In this document: piece by piece, positions 33,896 to 48,792 of the stretch
Layout of the letters: each line of letters starts with the position of its first letter
How positions within the stretch are numbered: the stretch's first letter is position 1
Source of the DNA: Amoebidium appalachense
Lineage: Eukaryota > Protista > Ichthyosporea
Reading direction: 5' to 3'
DNA length: 64,000 bases
Assembly: GCA_963693365.1 (NCBI GenBank)
Contig: CAVNZM010000003.1
Location: 965,506 to 1,029,505 of the forward strand
Notes under the pieces: generated by a model
Seen by the model: only the letters and a program-made list of their open reading frames with translations
Told to the model about the DNA's origin: nothing
The model's database searches: none
Made by a program: the position numbers and the translations under genes

Positions 33896-34032
33896 AAAAG
33901 GAATTGAATCGTTGACGTATGGATGCGGCCGCCAAGCCTTGATACGACGGTATAGGGGAACAAATAGAGTTCTCCCAATACCGCATGATAGTAAATATAT
34001 GGACAACACCATTTGTCCCCGGGGAGCCCGTG

Positions 34033-34087
<55 letters not shown>

Positions 34088-34594
34088 GGGGAACCCAACT
34101 ACTTGATTTCTTCTTCTTATAATTAGTCTATATGGTGCTTCATAGAATAAGAAAAACCCTGATATATATCAGCACCCGACATCTATGTACGTGATCATGA
34201 TATGCTGCTGAGGGGATATTCCGAGCAAAACCCTCCCATACCTGAGACTGGTATCTCTTTGCCTGGAGTAAACAGCGTATTTAAACCCCCAACACCATTG
34301 ATGGTAATCTACTAATTAATCAAATGTCGTGTTCGTTAAAGCAACGTGGGCCTGATGCCGCGAAGTTGTGAATATACTCAGCTCGATTGTCATAGTCTCT
34401 TACGTATACCCGTTCCAAATTTTATGGTGACGCGAGCTTTTCCTGCCCCCCCTCCCCCCCCCCCCCTCCCCTCCGTGCCCTCCGCCCTCCCCCCCACACC
34501 CTTCCCAGGCCTCCCCCCGGGGTATCGCGAACCTACCCTTCCTCACACAGATGTCAAACCTGTAACGTGTTATTTCAAATTCCCCTCCCCTCTC

Positions 34595-34635
<41 letters not shown>

Positions 34636-35587
34636 ACAACAACAACAACAACAACCAAAAAAAAAAAAAAAAGAAAGAAAAACCAACAACACCCACCCAC
34701 ACACACACACACACACGGGGCGCGCACACATACACAGTCTCACACACACACATACATACACACACATGCTCATGCACGCACAGGTACACGTACCGGGAGT
34801 AATGGAAATTCGTGCCTTCATATTCCCGAGGGTCATCTAGCAACCTGCAACAGGCGGATATTTCAGCCAATCAGCTTGCTCGCATTTGCCACACGTAATC
34901 ATAAAAAGTTTTGCCGCATAGAGTCTGCTAGACCATTGCTCCGATCATCTTAAGGTCGCTTTGTTTTCAAAAACCTATGATTATTTGGTTATTGTTCTTC
35001 TGATCAATATTGAAATACAAATTTTAAATCACACATGCATTACAGACCTACTCATTTCCCACCTGTTAAAGTGGTGATTTCTACTTGATGCGGCACGAAT
35101 TTCCGGGGGTTTGGTTAGTGTGTGTGTGTGCGTGTGTGTGCGTATGTGAGTGTGTGTGAGTGTGTATGTGTGTGTTTGGGGGGGGGGGGGGGGGGGGGGG
35201 GGATTGAAATCAGGGGGAAACGAAGGGTACGTGAAGGGCCGATTTGCTAAATTTCCGAAGGGGCCCCAAGCTGGGGGAGGGGGAGGGGGAGGGGAGGGGG
35301 GCGGAAGGGAGCCCGGGGGGGAGGGGGGGAGGGGGGAAAGGAGCCCGAGGGGAAGGGGGGGAGGGGGGGGGGGGGAGGGGAGGTACACGGTCTATATTTT
35401 GGGACATGGTGGAAGCACAGCCCCTCGTGTGCATGTATCGCTTGCTGCGTTTTCCAGCACGGCCACACACTGGACGAGGGGCGCCGTAGGCGCCCCGAGC
35501 TATACATATGTACACTGGGCTTACAGGATATTTATGCACCCATAACTCACTTGGGTGGAAGTCTAGATAAGAAAGACAAAGCTAAAA

Positions 35588-36490
35588 CTACCAATCAAAC
35601 TTAGCCGAATTTAGGAGAAAATCTATCACAGAGAACCCCTCCAAATGGAGGTTCTCTGCCGGAAGTGAATCTACAGAGCTAGAAAAAGAGGCTAAGGTCT
35701 TTGGGGGGAGTGCCCCCGTGAGCAAACCACATCTAACGACACAAACCGTTTTTATAAAGGTACCTGAGCATCGAGTACATTTAGTGGGCCTATATGTATT
35801 CATCAGGAAACGATTACAACGCCAAGCTAAAGCCATTTGCTCATTACGGCCGTCTATTATGTCTTTAAGAAATGCGTTTATCCGGCATATATCTATCCTA
35901 ACAGTATCCCGCATATATGAGACTAATTCCTTATTGTGATCATGCCGTAATTTTGGGTGTTTGCGAATTCCAAATGTTTTTCTACGACAGGGAGAGAAAT
36001 CTCAGGAGATAGATATACTGGGGTATACGTAGGAGCCGGGGCGGTGTGGAGCACAAACAAGGGGTGGTGTGGTGCAGACAAGCGGAGGTGGTCTAAATGA
36101 AACTGAAACTTCAGTGCTAATTCTTGGATGTGGTGAGGGGGTGGAGGAAAAGCAAACAAAGAATCAAACAAACGCGGGAGATAGGGGAAAGACCTGTGAG
36201 AAAGGAGCAAGCCGGGTCGTAGTGAAAATCCAGAAGTGGCTGGAGGGCCAGGGGGATAATCTCCTCCGATGCTAGCGCCAGTAGTGGGAGGCCGTATTCA
36301 CACAGTGGTCGAACGTACGTGCAGTAGAGTTGGTACCGGTTATACGGGTGAAGGGATGCCTCCCGCCCGCCCAAATAAGTCCGCCGGAACAAGTGTAGGC
36401 AGTGTGTGACGCTGTCCACGCGGGCCGCAACCATTTGCACAGACAATAACCCGTATGCATCGAATGGCACACCCAAATACCTAAAAAGCG
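35588..36490 (-). pseudogene. 5'-truncated, decayed non-LTR retrotransposon (LINE) ORF2 C-terminal part
   Basis: FRYLGVPF...RYQLYCTYVRPLCEYG matches the RT end/thumb signature, followed by LAWR...KCTRC, a zinc-knuckle-like segment. Broken across several frames. Confidence 0.75.
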
Positions 36491-36680
36491 CGCGTCGTTA
36501 TTGAGATATCCGGAGATATCTGTAACGGATATGGTTGAGGCCTCGTTTGGGCATCTTGTACATGTACAATATAATAGGATCGCCTGTATACATACATGTG
36601 TGTGCGCTTGTGTATTTGTCTGTGTGTTGGGTGGACCGGCGGGCACAAGGGTGTGTGTGTGTGTGTCTGTGTGTGTCTGT

Positions 36681-36711
<31 letters not shown>

Positions 36712-37025
36712 GGGGGGGAGGAGGGGCAGGGTGGGGGTGGGGGTGGGGGGGGGGGGGGGGGTGAGGGGATTGTAATATTGCGTGGAAATTATATAGCACA
36801 CACGCATTGAGTCCAGCACGTTGGCAAAAAAAAAAAAAAAGCCGATGTCCTGAGCAACTACACAAGATATAGAGTGATACGCTGTCAGCCATCAATTGCA
36901 ACATTCCTCTTTCAGGCTTTAAAATCTTAATCTTTCACTGCCCAATCATAAATTTAAATTCTTATTCTGCCCCGCATGTTCGCCTTGTGCTGTCTCTTAT
37001 TAGTTGCCATGGTCATTGAGATATT

Positions 37026-38563
37026 CCAGATATCTCGCCCAATAGAACGGCGGCCCGCTCCACGGATCAGCCAATGGGGTGCGGTCTGTGGGATAAAAAT
37101 AGCGCATGCCCTGGTTGTGTATAACTGGCCCTGTCCAGAGCGGGATCGACTATGGTGTTGGTGGTGGCCGGGTGGTAATGGACCAGGTGGTGGTCATGGG
37201 AGGCGGGACGCGGGCAGGGGGGGGGAAGGGGGGGAGTAAGGGGGCCCGGGGAGGGGGGGGGGGGAGGGGGGAGGGGGGGGGGGGGGGGGTCAAGCAAGAG
37301 GGGGTCAAATTGGCAGTTTGGACGGTTAAAAAAAAAGGGGGGGGGTGTGTGTGTGTGTGTGCGTGTGTGTATACGCGTGTGTACACGTGTTTAATTTGTT
37401 TTTGTGTGCGTGCGTGTGTAGGTGTGGGGAAAGGGGGAGGGAGCCCAGGCCGCGGGGGGAGGGGGGGGGTTCGGGGGTTAAATGCGTTTGGGGGGGGGGG
37501 GGGGGGGGGGGAAGGAGAAGGGGACCCTACTCATAAACAAGACACAGCATCCTTGACTTTTTGAACTTCCACATCAGCCCTATAGACTGCAACAGTCTTT
37601 CTTGCTAACCTCAATTTTTCTGAAGTCGAAACCCACCAAATTAATAGATTTAGATCTATCTACAAATCCGTGAACGCCCCCGTTAACGTTAGTTCCATTC
37701 ACTACCCCCCCCCCCCCCCCCCCCCCCCCTCACCCCATGGCCAAACAAGATCAATTTAGTCAAAAATTTGTCGGAGCCAACTAACTACAGGTCTTTCTCA
37801 GATCGGAAGTCCAATGTCTATATACAAATCAAACACTCCCCCACCCCCCTTAAGGTCTATTCACCAACCAAACCCTTCCCCCTCCCCCCCCCCCCCCCCC
37901 CCCCCCCATACATACTAGGACGTCTACCTGTTAAATCAAAACCCCTTACTAATAAACCGTTAATAAGGGTTATAAGGGTTATCTACAAATCAGAGAACCC
38001 CCCATATAATATTAGGTCAATCTACCCCCGTATTAGGTCTATCTACAAATCAGAAAATCCATTTATTAGTTCCATCTAGATCTACAAATCAGAAAATCCC
38101 CTTACTAGCTAGGTCTATCTACAAATCGGAAACCCCCCATTATAATTAGTTCTATCGACAAATTCGAAACCCCCAATTCGGTCTACCTGTCAAATAGAAC
38201 CCCCCCCCCCCCCCCCCCCCCCCCCCATAAGCCCTATTTTCAATCAGTGCTTCGAGTACAATTACTGTATGATTGTAATCGTAATTCCCGGAAAATCGAC
38301 ATGATTCGCAGATTCTCATGATATATCCCCTCCCTCCTCCCCTCCCCCCCCCCCCCCTCTCCCCCCTCCTTCCTCTTGCATGCCTTCCTCCCACCCCCCC
38401 ACGCTCTTCCCTTCACTTCCCTGTCCCTCTTCCCTTCCTCCCCCCAGGATCCCCACCTCCTCTTTACCACCTAAGATAGTCGAATTGCCCCCCCCCCCCC
38501 CCCCCCCTTCCCCCCCTTCCCCTTCCCCCCCCCCCCCCCCCCTTCCCCCCCCCTTCCCTTCCC

Positions 38564-38594
<31 letters not shown>

Positions 38595-38986
38595 AAAAAA
38601 CACTTGCACACACACAATGTCATCCCCTCCGCCACCTCCCCTCATTTTTATCCCATACTCCACCCAAAGGGCCCCTATGTTGTCTATTTTTTTTTGTTAC
38701 AGACTGCAAAGTGCACAATAACGGTGGACAAAAAATGCAATTTTTGCTGGGCACACGCAAAGTTTATGCATAATATTGCAGACACACGAAGATGAAGAAT
38801 AATAATGCAAAGCCCATTACCCGGGGCGGGGAAGGAGGGATTGTGTAGGAGGGAGTGCTCACAAGCACACACCCTTTGGAAGCATGAAGGTGTTTCTTTG
38901 GGGTGTCATATGAGAGTCCAGTTATGCAACGTACAAGGGCTGTTGAGAAAAGTAGTATAAATGCTTGTGTCTAATGTGCGTGCGTG

Positions 38987-39026
<40 letters not shown>

Positions 39027-39193
39027 TGTGTGTGTGTGTGTATGTGTGTGTGTGTGTGCACGCTTGCGCACATGTATTTCGATGCATTCTTGTGTAGGTG
39101 CCTGCGTCCATCAGTATGTGTGTGTGTGTGTGTGTGTATGTGTGTGTGTGTGTGGTGTCACGGTGTGTGCGTGTGTGTGTGTGTGTGTGCGTG

Positions 39194-39226
<33 letters not shown>

Positions 39227-39231
39227 ACGTA

Positions 39232-39281
<50 letters not shown>

Positions 39282-39453
39282 CATATTTGGATGTGTACAC
39301 GTGGTTGCAACTGGAGGATAAAGGTTTTACAACCCCCCCACATGCTCCTCTTCCTCCACACCCCTCCTCCCCTCGTTTACGTCACCAACCTGACTCCCCT
39401 CTCCCCACGTGCCCATACCATTTCTTACCTACCACCCTTTGCCAACCCCCAAG

Positions 39454-39493
<40 letters not shown>

Positions 39494-40208
39494 TTCCCCC
39501 CCCCCCCCTTCCCCGCCCGCACGGCCTTCCCCCTGTCACCAACTGGTAGCCTCCCGATGTGCCTACCCCGTCCCCCCCCCCCCCCCCCCCCCCCCCCCAA
39601 ACAAACACAGATCCTAAAAATGACACATTTGTTCACCCCGACGGTATCCTCCCTATATATGTATATATTCCTACTTTTTTTTTTAGTTGTATAAATATAA
39701 ATATAACTTTGCCCTGTGCTCTGCCCCTTTCCTATCCCTTCCTCCATTTCCCAGCCTCCTTAACCGTCTGTTCATATGACCCCCCCCCCCCCCCCCCCCC
39801 CCCCTTCCCCCCCCTTACTCCCACTTCTTCCATCTCTCCTTAGTGTCCCCACCTCCTCTTCCCCCTTCCTCTTCCCCCCCACCACCACCAAAAACATCCC
39901 CACAGACACACACACACACACACTCTCTCTCTCTCTCTCTCTGCGTCAACCATTGAAAATTCCGGTGTGTGCGCGTGGGCAGCGTGTGTGTGTTTGTGTG
40001 TGTTTGTATGTACGTGGATGTAATATTGTGTGTATGTGTGTGCCTGTGTGTGTTTATGTGTGTGTGTGTGGGGGGGGGGGGGGGGGGGAGGGGGGGGGGA
40101 GGGGGGATGGGGAAAAAGAACGTATACTGGAAAAAGCATGATCCAACTAGTGCTGATAAGACCATCATATCTCTGCGCGGGCAGAACATGTGCGTGCCGG
40201 TGTGTGTG

Positions 40209-40273
<65 letters not shown>

Positions 40274-40400
40274 ACAGGGGGAGGGGGGGGGGGAGGAGGA
40301 TGGCCCCATGAAAAGAAAAACGGGAAAAGGAAAACCGAGCCATTGAGTGAGATAGGGCTGTGTGTATGGTGGTGGTGGAAGGGGGGGGGGGGGGGGGGGG
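37026..40400 (+). repeat. Second copy of the modular repeat (A, B, D in order) lacking the 38-bp array
   Basis: Module A at 37026-37119, B at 37523-38200 and D at 38590-40400, each matching the earlier copies. Confidence 0.8.
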
Positions 40401-43387
40401 GAAGGGGGGGAGGGGGGGAGGGGGCCCGGGAAATGTATTACTCGTTATGTTTTGATTGGTAGGAAAACACTTAGGCTACACTTTAGCTTGTCATGTGTGA
40501 TTCATAGTTTAGTCAACCACTTTAGTTTTGTGTGTTGCCGTGCTGTGACCAATCAGTAGACTTAGTCAGAAAGTGTCTGGGTCTTTGTAGTCAGTGATAA
40601 GTTAGAAACATCACCTCTTTCCTCGGTACTTTTCACCTCAATACTTCCTAGTAGCTGTGACCTATCGTGTGCGTTCCTGTGTTGCCGGATCTATCGTGGA
40701 AACAATCAGTTCATTGTGATTGGTTTTTTTAGACATAGTAGATCTGATTTCCAACAGGTCGGAAAACATGTATTGATTTGACTTAAGGGAATTTCGAGTA
40801 TATATACGAGATCGAAATAAATTTATTTTAGTCGTTTCTAAACATTGATGTCTGTTGTGTACACTGCTCCGATCGTTCCGTGTTTTGTTGCTGTGTGTCT
40901 GTGGTGTTTTCACAGTGCACCACTGTGTCTCTGCTTCTGTCCCAAATACTTATAAAATTTAACAGAACGTGACTGCAGCGTGTGTGTGGTGTTGCCTGGT
41001 GTATTCCTATTGCTGTGAGAGTGTGGGGGCATCTCCCCTTCGCGGAGTTTCTCGCTTGAGAAGTGGTTTCTTCAACGCCTGGTGGTCCACTGCAACCTAT
41101 TATAACTTCTACACGCTGTCTACTACGCTTCTATGCGACCTATTGGCGGTGGGCTGCTGCAACTTCTTCAGCTACTTCTGCGCTGCGTGAGTGGAGGGGC
41201 GGCTACTTGGTCGTCGGGGAGCTTTCCAAGTGACTGCCAGTCCTTAGCCTCCAGTCGTATGGCAATGACCGGGTTTGCTTGCATGCATTCTGTAATTGTG
41301 TTTTTTTCTGTGTGTCCTGCCACAACTAGGCCACCTTATCAGAGAGCTAGATGCAGTTTCTCCGGGTTATCTAGGGGCCGGGCACGTTGGGATTGTTTTT
41401 TAGCTCAGATTTGGTCTGCATTGCTCTTTTAGAGGCTGACTTGCTTGCTGCGCCTCGGTAGGTTTTGAGGGGGGCCTGTTGGGAAGCAGCAGTAATGATG
41501 TCTTCTTGCGGAGTGTGGTCTGGTCAACATCGATGCATATGACTAGTTGGAGCAAACTAGTTTCACGCATACACGTACACTTAAGGTTTTGCCCGCAGCT
41601 TGGTGTCCTTTGTCACTTGTCGCTTTATTTTTATTTCGTAGCTTTGGCTTTTTCAGTTCTATTGGTGGTTATGTTGCCTGTGGCTGCACGTTGCCTTCGT
41701 CAACGAATCAATAAAACCGAGTCAAAAGAAAAAGTTGATGTGCTTAAAGAACAAAAAAAAGAGATATCCCAGTGACACACCCAGATATCTCAAGAAAACC
41801 TTCATGTGGCGAGTAGGCTCACTGAAATACGGACCCAAAGGTGTGAAAGTACAAATATTGGAGAACAAACACTATAGTCAGTAGACAACATACTGACTCG
41901 TATGAGAAGAACGACAAGTTGCCCGGCTGCCCACAACAAGAAACCCTCAATAAAGTCAACCTGATATGAATTCTGCCACAGAAATACGGTAAACGTAAGA
42001 AACGTTTGCATATTGTTTCTACTTCGTACAAGTGCAAGATTTCTGCCGAATCCAGAGGTGGATCCGGAAGTGGGTGCACGCGACCTCTAATATGAGCTGT
42101 AGTATCTGTCTGTACGTACGTGCCGTGTATGTCAGCCGAAGCGGCTCGCCCATGTGCGCACTGGTGTGTTAATGTGTACGTATATATGATATACGTGCCA
42201 CGCGTGTGTCTGTGTCACAGGTGTGCGCGCTTTCGTCCATGTGCACGTGCTGGTGTCCGTATAAACGAGTCTGATGTGCCCTTAAGCTTCGCCCACTGCA
42301 TCACATGCACATGTGTATGGGTGCAGGTCGTATACATGGCCCCCCCTTATCTGACAGATAATATATAAATTTAGAAGGTCAGGAGGCCTTCTAGTTGCCG
42401 CCGGAGGTGCTGCGTCTGTGTTTTTTTTTTGTCAAGCCAAGTTTTGGGACGTCTCACTGAGTCACCGGCTCTTTCAAGCTAGTGGGTTGCACCAGCCGCG
42501 GGGCCCGGGTACCATATCAGGAGCGGGCAATTTTTGAATTCTCCCTCCCCGGCCCCGCCGGGGAAAATTTGAGGTTTTTGGACCTCAAAGAAGTCAAATC
42601 CTGCAAAATCCACTACCGGGAGGCCAAAAAGGGTGATTTTACAAAAAAGGAGGGACATACATGAAAAAGAGAAAATGGGCGAGTTCAGTGGGCTGCCGAT
42701 AAGTATATTTCGTGCTGGGCCGGTATACATGCTGCCGTGGTTGTTGCTGTAGACGGCAGTATGGCATCGCATGTGTCACGTGACCTGCACGTGAATGCGA
42801 CCATGTGCAGGCACTGAGTCTAGGGGGATTTGTATGTGTGTTTTGGAGCACCGACAAGGCAGAGCCAGGGTGAGGGATGTGTAAACATGGAGTTTAGGGA
42901 GATCGTGCTGCTATTGTAACATGTGCACAAAACAGCCACGTGCACCGGCACACTCCGGTGTACAGAACAATAATATGCACATGCGTCACTGTAATATCAT
43001 GTATGCGCATGCCGCACAAGGTTTAGGAGACCACCACAGTATATACTATTTTCTTTTGGTTGATATCCATGTAGGAATGGTGTGTTGCAGTTGTCATGAT
43101 CAGCCTGAGGCAGGCACGTGCACTCACTGAATCACTAGAACTCATGAATAAAAAATACATTCGCTAAAAACGGCAAGGTAAATTTGGGGCCAAGCTATTA
43201 TTTCCCCCTTTTAAACGTTTTTTTAGCTCCAAGAACTTCGACGCCAAAATTTCTATATTTGGCCATCGTATATGATAATGAACACGTGTACTTAAATTAA
43301 AGTAGTTATATAAATATGAGCGGCCCGTTACAAATACAGTGACGAAAAACAGTGACCCACGAGCAGTTTTTCTTTCTATCCCCCCCC

Positions 43388-43432
<45 letters not shown>

Positions 43433-44740
43433 CAGACACACACACCACCACCACGGTGACCACCACCACCACCACCACCACCACTCACCCCTTAAAAAAA
43501 CCACACACATACGTGCACGTGTACACACACACACAGAACACCACCACCACCTCCACTGGACCCCATTTCCTCGTTGTTTTCTTAAGCCTTCAGACCAGTC
43601 CTGCACACTGGAGTTAAACAATTGAATTCACCTAGGCTGACATGCATCCACCCCCGCCTTCCACTTCCCTCCCCCCCACCCCCTCCCCCCACCCCCCCAC
43701 CCCCACCCCCTCCCCCTCGATGAAGAAGGGCCCCCGTAAGCCTTGGGGGGGGGGGGGGGGGGGGGGGGGAAGGGGGAGCTCTTGAGCCTCCGGGTAGGGA
43801 AGTGGGGTCCGGGGATCCGGAGGGAGGGGAGGGGGGGGGGGGGGGGGGGGGAAGGGGCATATAATATTGGGCCTAGATATCATAGTATGGGGCCCCGGGG
43901 GAGGGAGAGGTGGGGGGGGGAGGGGGGAGGATCCACGGGAAAGACCTTTAGGTGCATGTTCTTATTTATACCCCCTTCGAATCATCCCCCTCTCCCCCCC
44001 CCTCCCCCCCCCTGAGTGCAGGCCGTGACGTAGCTACGATAACCCTGCAGAAGGCAACAAAAATGTATTAATTACTAGCACTATACATGTGTTCATAGTG
44101 CAGCTTGCACCACGTATGATCTCAGCAACTTTAAAGTAGTCACAAAGTTTAGTTATTTTCATTATTTTCATTGCTCTGAACTCTATTACTCTGAAATGAT
44201 CACCGTGCATGTGCCGCAAGATAACAACCCTATATGTGTGCAGCTGCTGCCTGCAGGTTAGACTCGCTGAAAAGACAATTGTCAGTGTGCATCCGACGCT
44301 TGCAGCTGCAGCTAGCCTCTGCAACATTAATACTTGCCAAGTGAATGCTCTTACACTTGATCATCATTCACTCAAAAAACCGAGGACCGACAGATTAAAT
44401 ATTAATGTCGATCCGAATGATCAGCAAGTGTCTATGCGTACTACTATATATACACACACGTAAAATGCGAAGCTATCAGTTACAAGGCACACCTGCTGCA
44501 CTGGCACACATACACATACACACCGGCAGATCGATGCTGTCAAAATTTACTTTCATGTACTTCGTAGGTCCGACACAGGTGCACATGAACACGTACATAT
44601 GTACAAGCCGCGCACACACCACACCACACATACACACACACACACACACACTCACACACACACACGCACACACGCACACACGCACACACGCACACACGCA
44701 CGCACGCACGCACACACACACACACACGCACGCACGCGCG

Positions 44741-44807
<67 letters not shown>

Positions 44808-45243
44808 CACACACACACACACACACATCACTGGGTGCGCTCGCTGGGGATTAGTTTTTTGGCACGCTGTTGACTTTATCGTGTGTTTATTATTTGCTAT
44901 TTATTGGCCAGCGGCCAACATTTAAAAATATACTATATACCTAAAAATAGATACTGACTACGGCCAGCAGACATTATACACCTTCCAGGACACATTAACA
45001 CCAATAGTCTAACACACCATACTCTCGATCACAAAGAATTCCTAACAAACAGAGAAAAGTGCAAAGGCTCTGTACTATTACTCAGATTCTAAATTTTAAT
45101 TCTTTACAGTAAACTTCGGAATGAAAGCTAGCCCCCCCCCCCCCCCCCCCCCCCTCCCCCCTAACATGACTGTACGAAGAACAGGTATAACTTGAAGCAC
45201 TACAACACATATGAGATCCGTTACATTGGTGTACATTCCAATA

Positions 45244-46893
45244 TTAGACACTAGTTTGGCTACTCTGACTACTCTGAGATCCTGATTGGCTGCCTGCAGA
45301 CTTGCGGCCACGATTACTTTGCTTTCGATCGTGCCATTGCAGCTGCGTCTCTCCAGCAGGTGGCAACGCCAGGCCCAGCACAGCAGATGCACGAGAAGGG
45401 GGTGGGAACTGCCCACCAGCCGAGGGCTGGCCCACATGGCCCAAGTAAGGATGGGGACCGTGCTGCGGCAGTAGCCCAGGCATGGGGAAGGCAGGGCCGG
45501 GCTGAGGCGGCATGATGCCCCACGGTGGGGGCCAGCCATGTGGGTGGTGCGGGCCTGGATGGGGTGCAGGGGGCATGTGCGGCACATGGCCCTGCTGCAT
45601 GTCAAGCGCGGGTGCTGGTGGCATGGCATCCTGATTGGCTGCAACCCAACGTGGGCAGCTCTTGGCCCGATTGGAGCCGGGGCAGCCCTTGCCCTGGCGG
45701 CCACACGTCTTGCCGGTCTTGGGGGCTCTCTGGGGTGGCTGCATAGGAGGGGGCACCGGCAAATCCATCTGCAGGGGCCCCTCAGGGCCAATGTTGCGAT
45801 GCTTTTTGCCCACTAGCATGGGCAAGGGCCGCTCACGCTGCGCCCCTGCATCGACACCGTCTGGAACAGGGAGGGGTGGCAAGGGGGCAGGCCGTATGGT
45901 TGCTGGCACAGCGTCTGCCCTCTCCTCGCGCATACGCTTGCGGTGATCTGCCAGGCCCTCGTGTGTGGAGCGCTGTGCATGTGCCGTCTGCCAGGTCTTC
46001 CACTTGTCGAAATGCTTCTTGATGTAGGCCGCATCCTTCATGTAGATTCCCCCAGCCACAGAGGCAGCCTTGTTGAAGTCTTGGGCCAAAGCCTCGAACA
46101 GCTGGCCGTTGGGCTTTGCATGTGCCTTGTAGGTGCCCAGGAGCAGCGTGCTGAATAGCTTGCGCTCCTGAGGGGTAAGCACCGGAAGGAAGGGGATGGC
46201 CACATGTTGCTTCTGCGCCAGGAACTTGTAGTCGCCCCTCAGTGCAGGGTCCGGCTGTGGTGCACCACGCGCCACCTGGTTGCCCCCCCCCCATGGCAGC
46301 ACCGTCACCCTCCTCGACCTCACAGTCCTCTGGCCCGCCCATCACGCCATTGGCTGCAGGCTCGATGTTATCAGACGGAGGTGGGGGTGCGGGCACCGCA
46401 ACTGGCTCCTGCGCCGGGGCATTGGCCACACAGGAGAGCGGGGCAAAGTTGAAGTACTCCTCCGGTAGCTTGTAGCAGCCTACGGGTACCCACTGGGGGT
46501 CGAGGTGATGGCCGTACAGCATCAGCGCCAGTGCCTCCATGTCGTCAACAATCCAGGGGCTGTAGTGGGGGGGCCCCGATGCCTGGCCCAGGCGGTTGCG
46601 GTAGTGTGCACGCAGGTTGTGGCGGTGGCGCCTATTGGACATGGTGGCGTCCAGCAGGCGCAGCGACATGCGTGTGGCCCCAAAGTGGGTGGCCAGGGGG
46701 TTGTGCACTGCCCCCTCCACCTCGTTGGTGCCCCGGATGCAGCGGTAGCGCATGAGCCCATCTGCGTCGGCAGTGGTCTCGTAGTAGAGGGGCAGGCCGG
46801 GGGGGTCCGACAGACAGCCATTTTGGGCGTGTTCGAGCAGCGACTGTGGGGGCACAAGCAAACATCAGAGAGATGGGTGGGTGGTGGTGGTGG

Positions 46894-46928
<35 letters not shown>

Positions 46929-46931
46929 GGT

Positions 46932-46964
<33 letters not shown>

Positions 46965-47036
46965 TGGGGTTGCTAAGGAAAAAAACGAGCAGGGAAAGGC
47001 AAAAAACAACTGGCTAGGCAGCAAGGGCCGTGCGGG

Positions 47037-47108
<72 letters not shown>

Positions 47109-47679
47109 ATGTTTGGGGGGGGAGGGGGGGGGGGGGGGGGGAGGCTAGGGTGTGCGTGTGTGTGCAGATGAACCAAGGATGACAAATAAGCGAAGAATCT
47201 TTTCTGTGGTGGTGGAGTTGTTGGGCGCCTGCAGGGGAGGGGGGGGGGGGGGGGATGTTGCCTCGAGTCTTTCAAAGCCATCCTTCTTGAACAGAGGCTT
47301 GCCATCCGGTCCGGGCGGCACATCCTTGTAGGTGTTTTTGAACTCCACCAGCCGCGAGACCAGCGTGTATGGGTCGGGAATAACCCGCCGGATGCGCTCC
47401 ATGAAGTAGCTCAGGTCGCCGCCCTTGAGCTCGGTTTCAATGTCGATGCCCTTCTGCTCCAGCACCCCCTGTGAGGCAGGATGCCAATATTAATTTACTA
47501 CGCACACTGCAATTTGGGTTTGGTAGACTTTGATACCTGCCGTTATTGTAGGACCCCTCCCCTCCACCCCCCCCATCTTCTCCCCCAACACAAGTAAAAA
47601 ATGCATGTGGCTATTTCCCCCCACAACCCTACATTATTTCTCTCTAGGCATATGAATAACCCCCACTCTCCTCCCCCCC

Positions 47680-47720
<41 letters not shown>

Positions 47721-48760
47721 TTGCCCCCCCTCTCTCTGAGGCTCAGGCTCTCTCTCTTCCCTCAGAAGTTTTGTCGAAGGTGTGCATGGTTGTGGGTGGA
47801 ATGGTGAGTGTGTGCTAACGAGTGTATGTGTGTGTGCGCGTCAGTCACGCATGTTGTTGTTGCCGTTTTTTTTATTTTTATTTTTTATTTTTTATTTTGG
47901 GGGGGGGGGGGGGGGGGGGGGCACCTTCACATGTCCGTAATCCTCTTCATTCCACACAAATATTGCCTCGCTGAGTGCGCGTGCGTACTCAGCCCTGCGG
48001 GGGTGTGACTTGTACGTGCCGTCCGCCGTGTTTGCAATGGAGTGGAAGGCGTCATTCAGCACAGTCTGCCACACCACCTCCCCAGGCGGTGCCTGGCCCA
48101 ACATGCCCTCTCTGGGAGCTGCCTCGGGTCCCCCTGGGGCTGCCTCAAGGCCCCCCGGGGCTGCCTGGGGGTCCTGGGGGGGTGCCTGTGGGCCGGCAAG
48201 GGGTTGCTGCTGCTCGGCAGGGGGAGGACTGGCAGGGGGAGGGGCTGGGTCAGGGACCACCGGCACCTCGGCACCTGGGTCCGGTGGGGGCTGAATGGGC
48301 CGTAGCCACTGCAGGTGCACCATCAGCTCAAAGGGCGGCGGGCCCAGCTCTCCCAGGGTCTTGCCCTTGTCGGGGCCAAAGGGCACCTGCATGGCCGGCG
48401 ACAGCACCTGATCCACCCGCACCACAGCATGCTTCTTGCCCACCTTCATGCCCCCCCAGCGCTCCGGCTGCACAGCCAGCACCACCCCGGTGGCTGCTGC
48501 AGCATGTGGGCCCCGCCGGGGCACAATCTCAACCCCTTCACCGAGTGCCTTTGCATGAAGCCGCGCTGCATGTCATAGAGGGAAGCAAAAAACTCAGCCA
48601 AAAAGCCACAGCACCAACGTTTTTCTCTTCGCTCCACAAAAATCAAATGCATATTCCTTAGCAACCCCCTTCCCCCCCCCCCCCCCCCCTTCTCCCTCCC
48701 CCCCCCCCCTCTCCCAGTGCCCAGCTTGTGTGGCACTTGCACGTGTTAACAGTGCTATAG

Positions 48761-48792
<32 letters not shown>

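Noticed and set aside
36501-36522. GAGATATCCGGAGATATCT as another copy of the dyad site
   Set aside because: The spacer length differs and it lies at the edge of LINE-derived coding sequence, so it may be coincidental. Not used as evidence.
40920-42080. Decayed ORF or retroelement-like region
   Set aside because: Many stops in all frames and no gag, pol or transposase motif.
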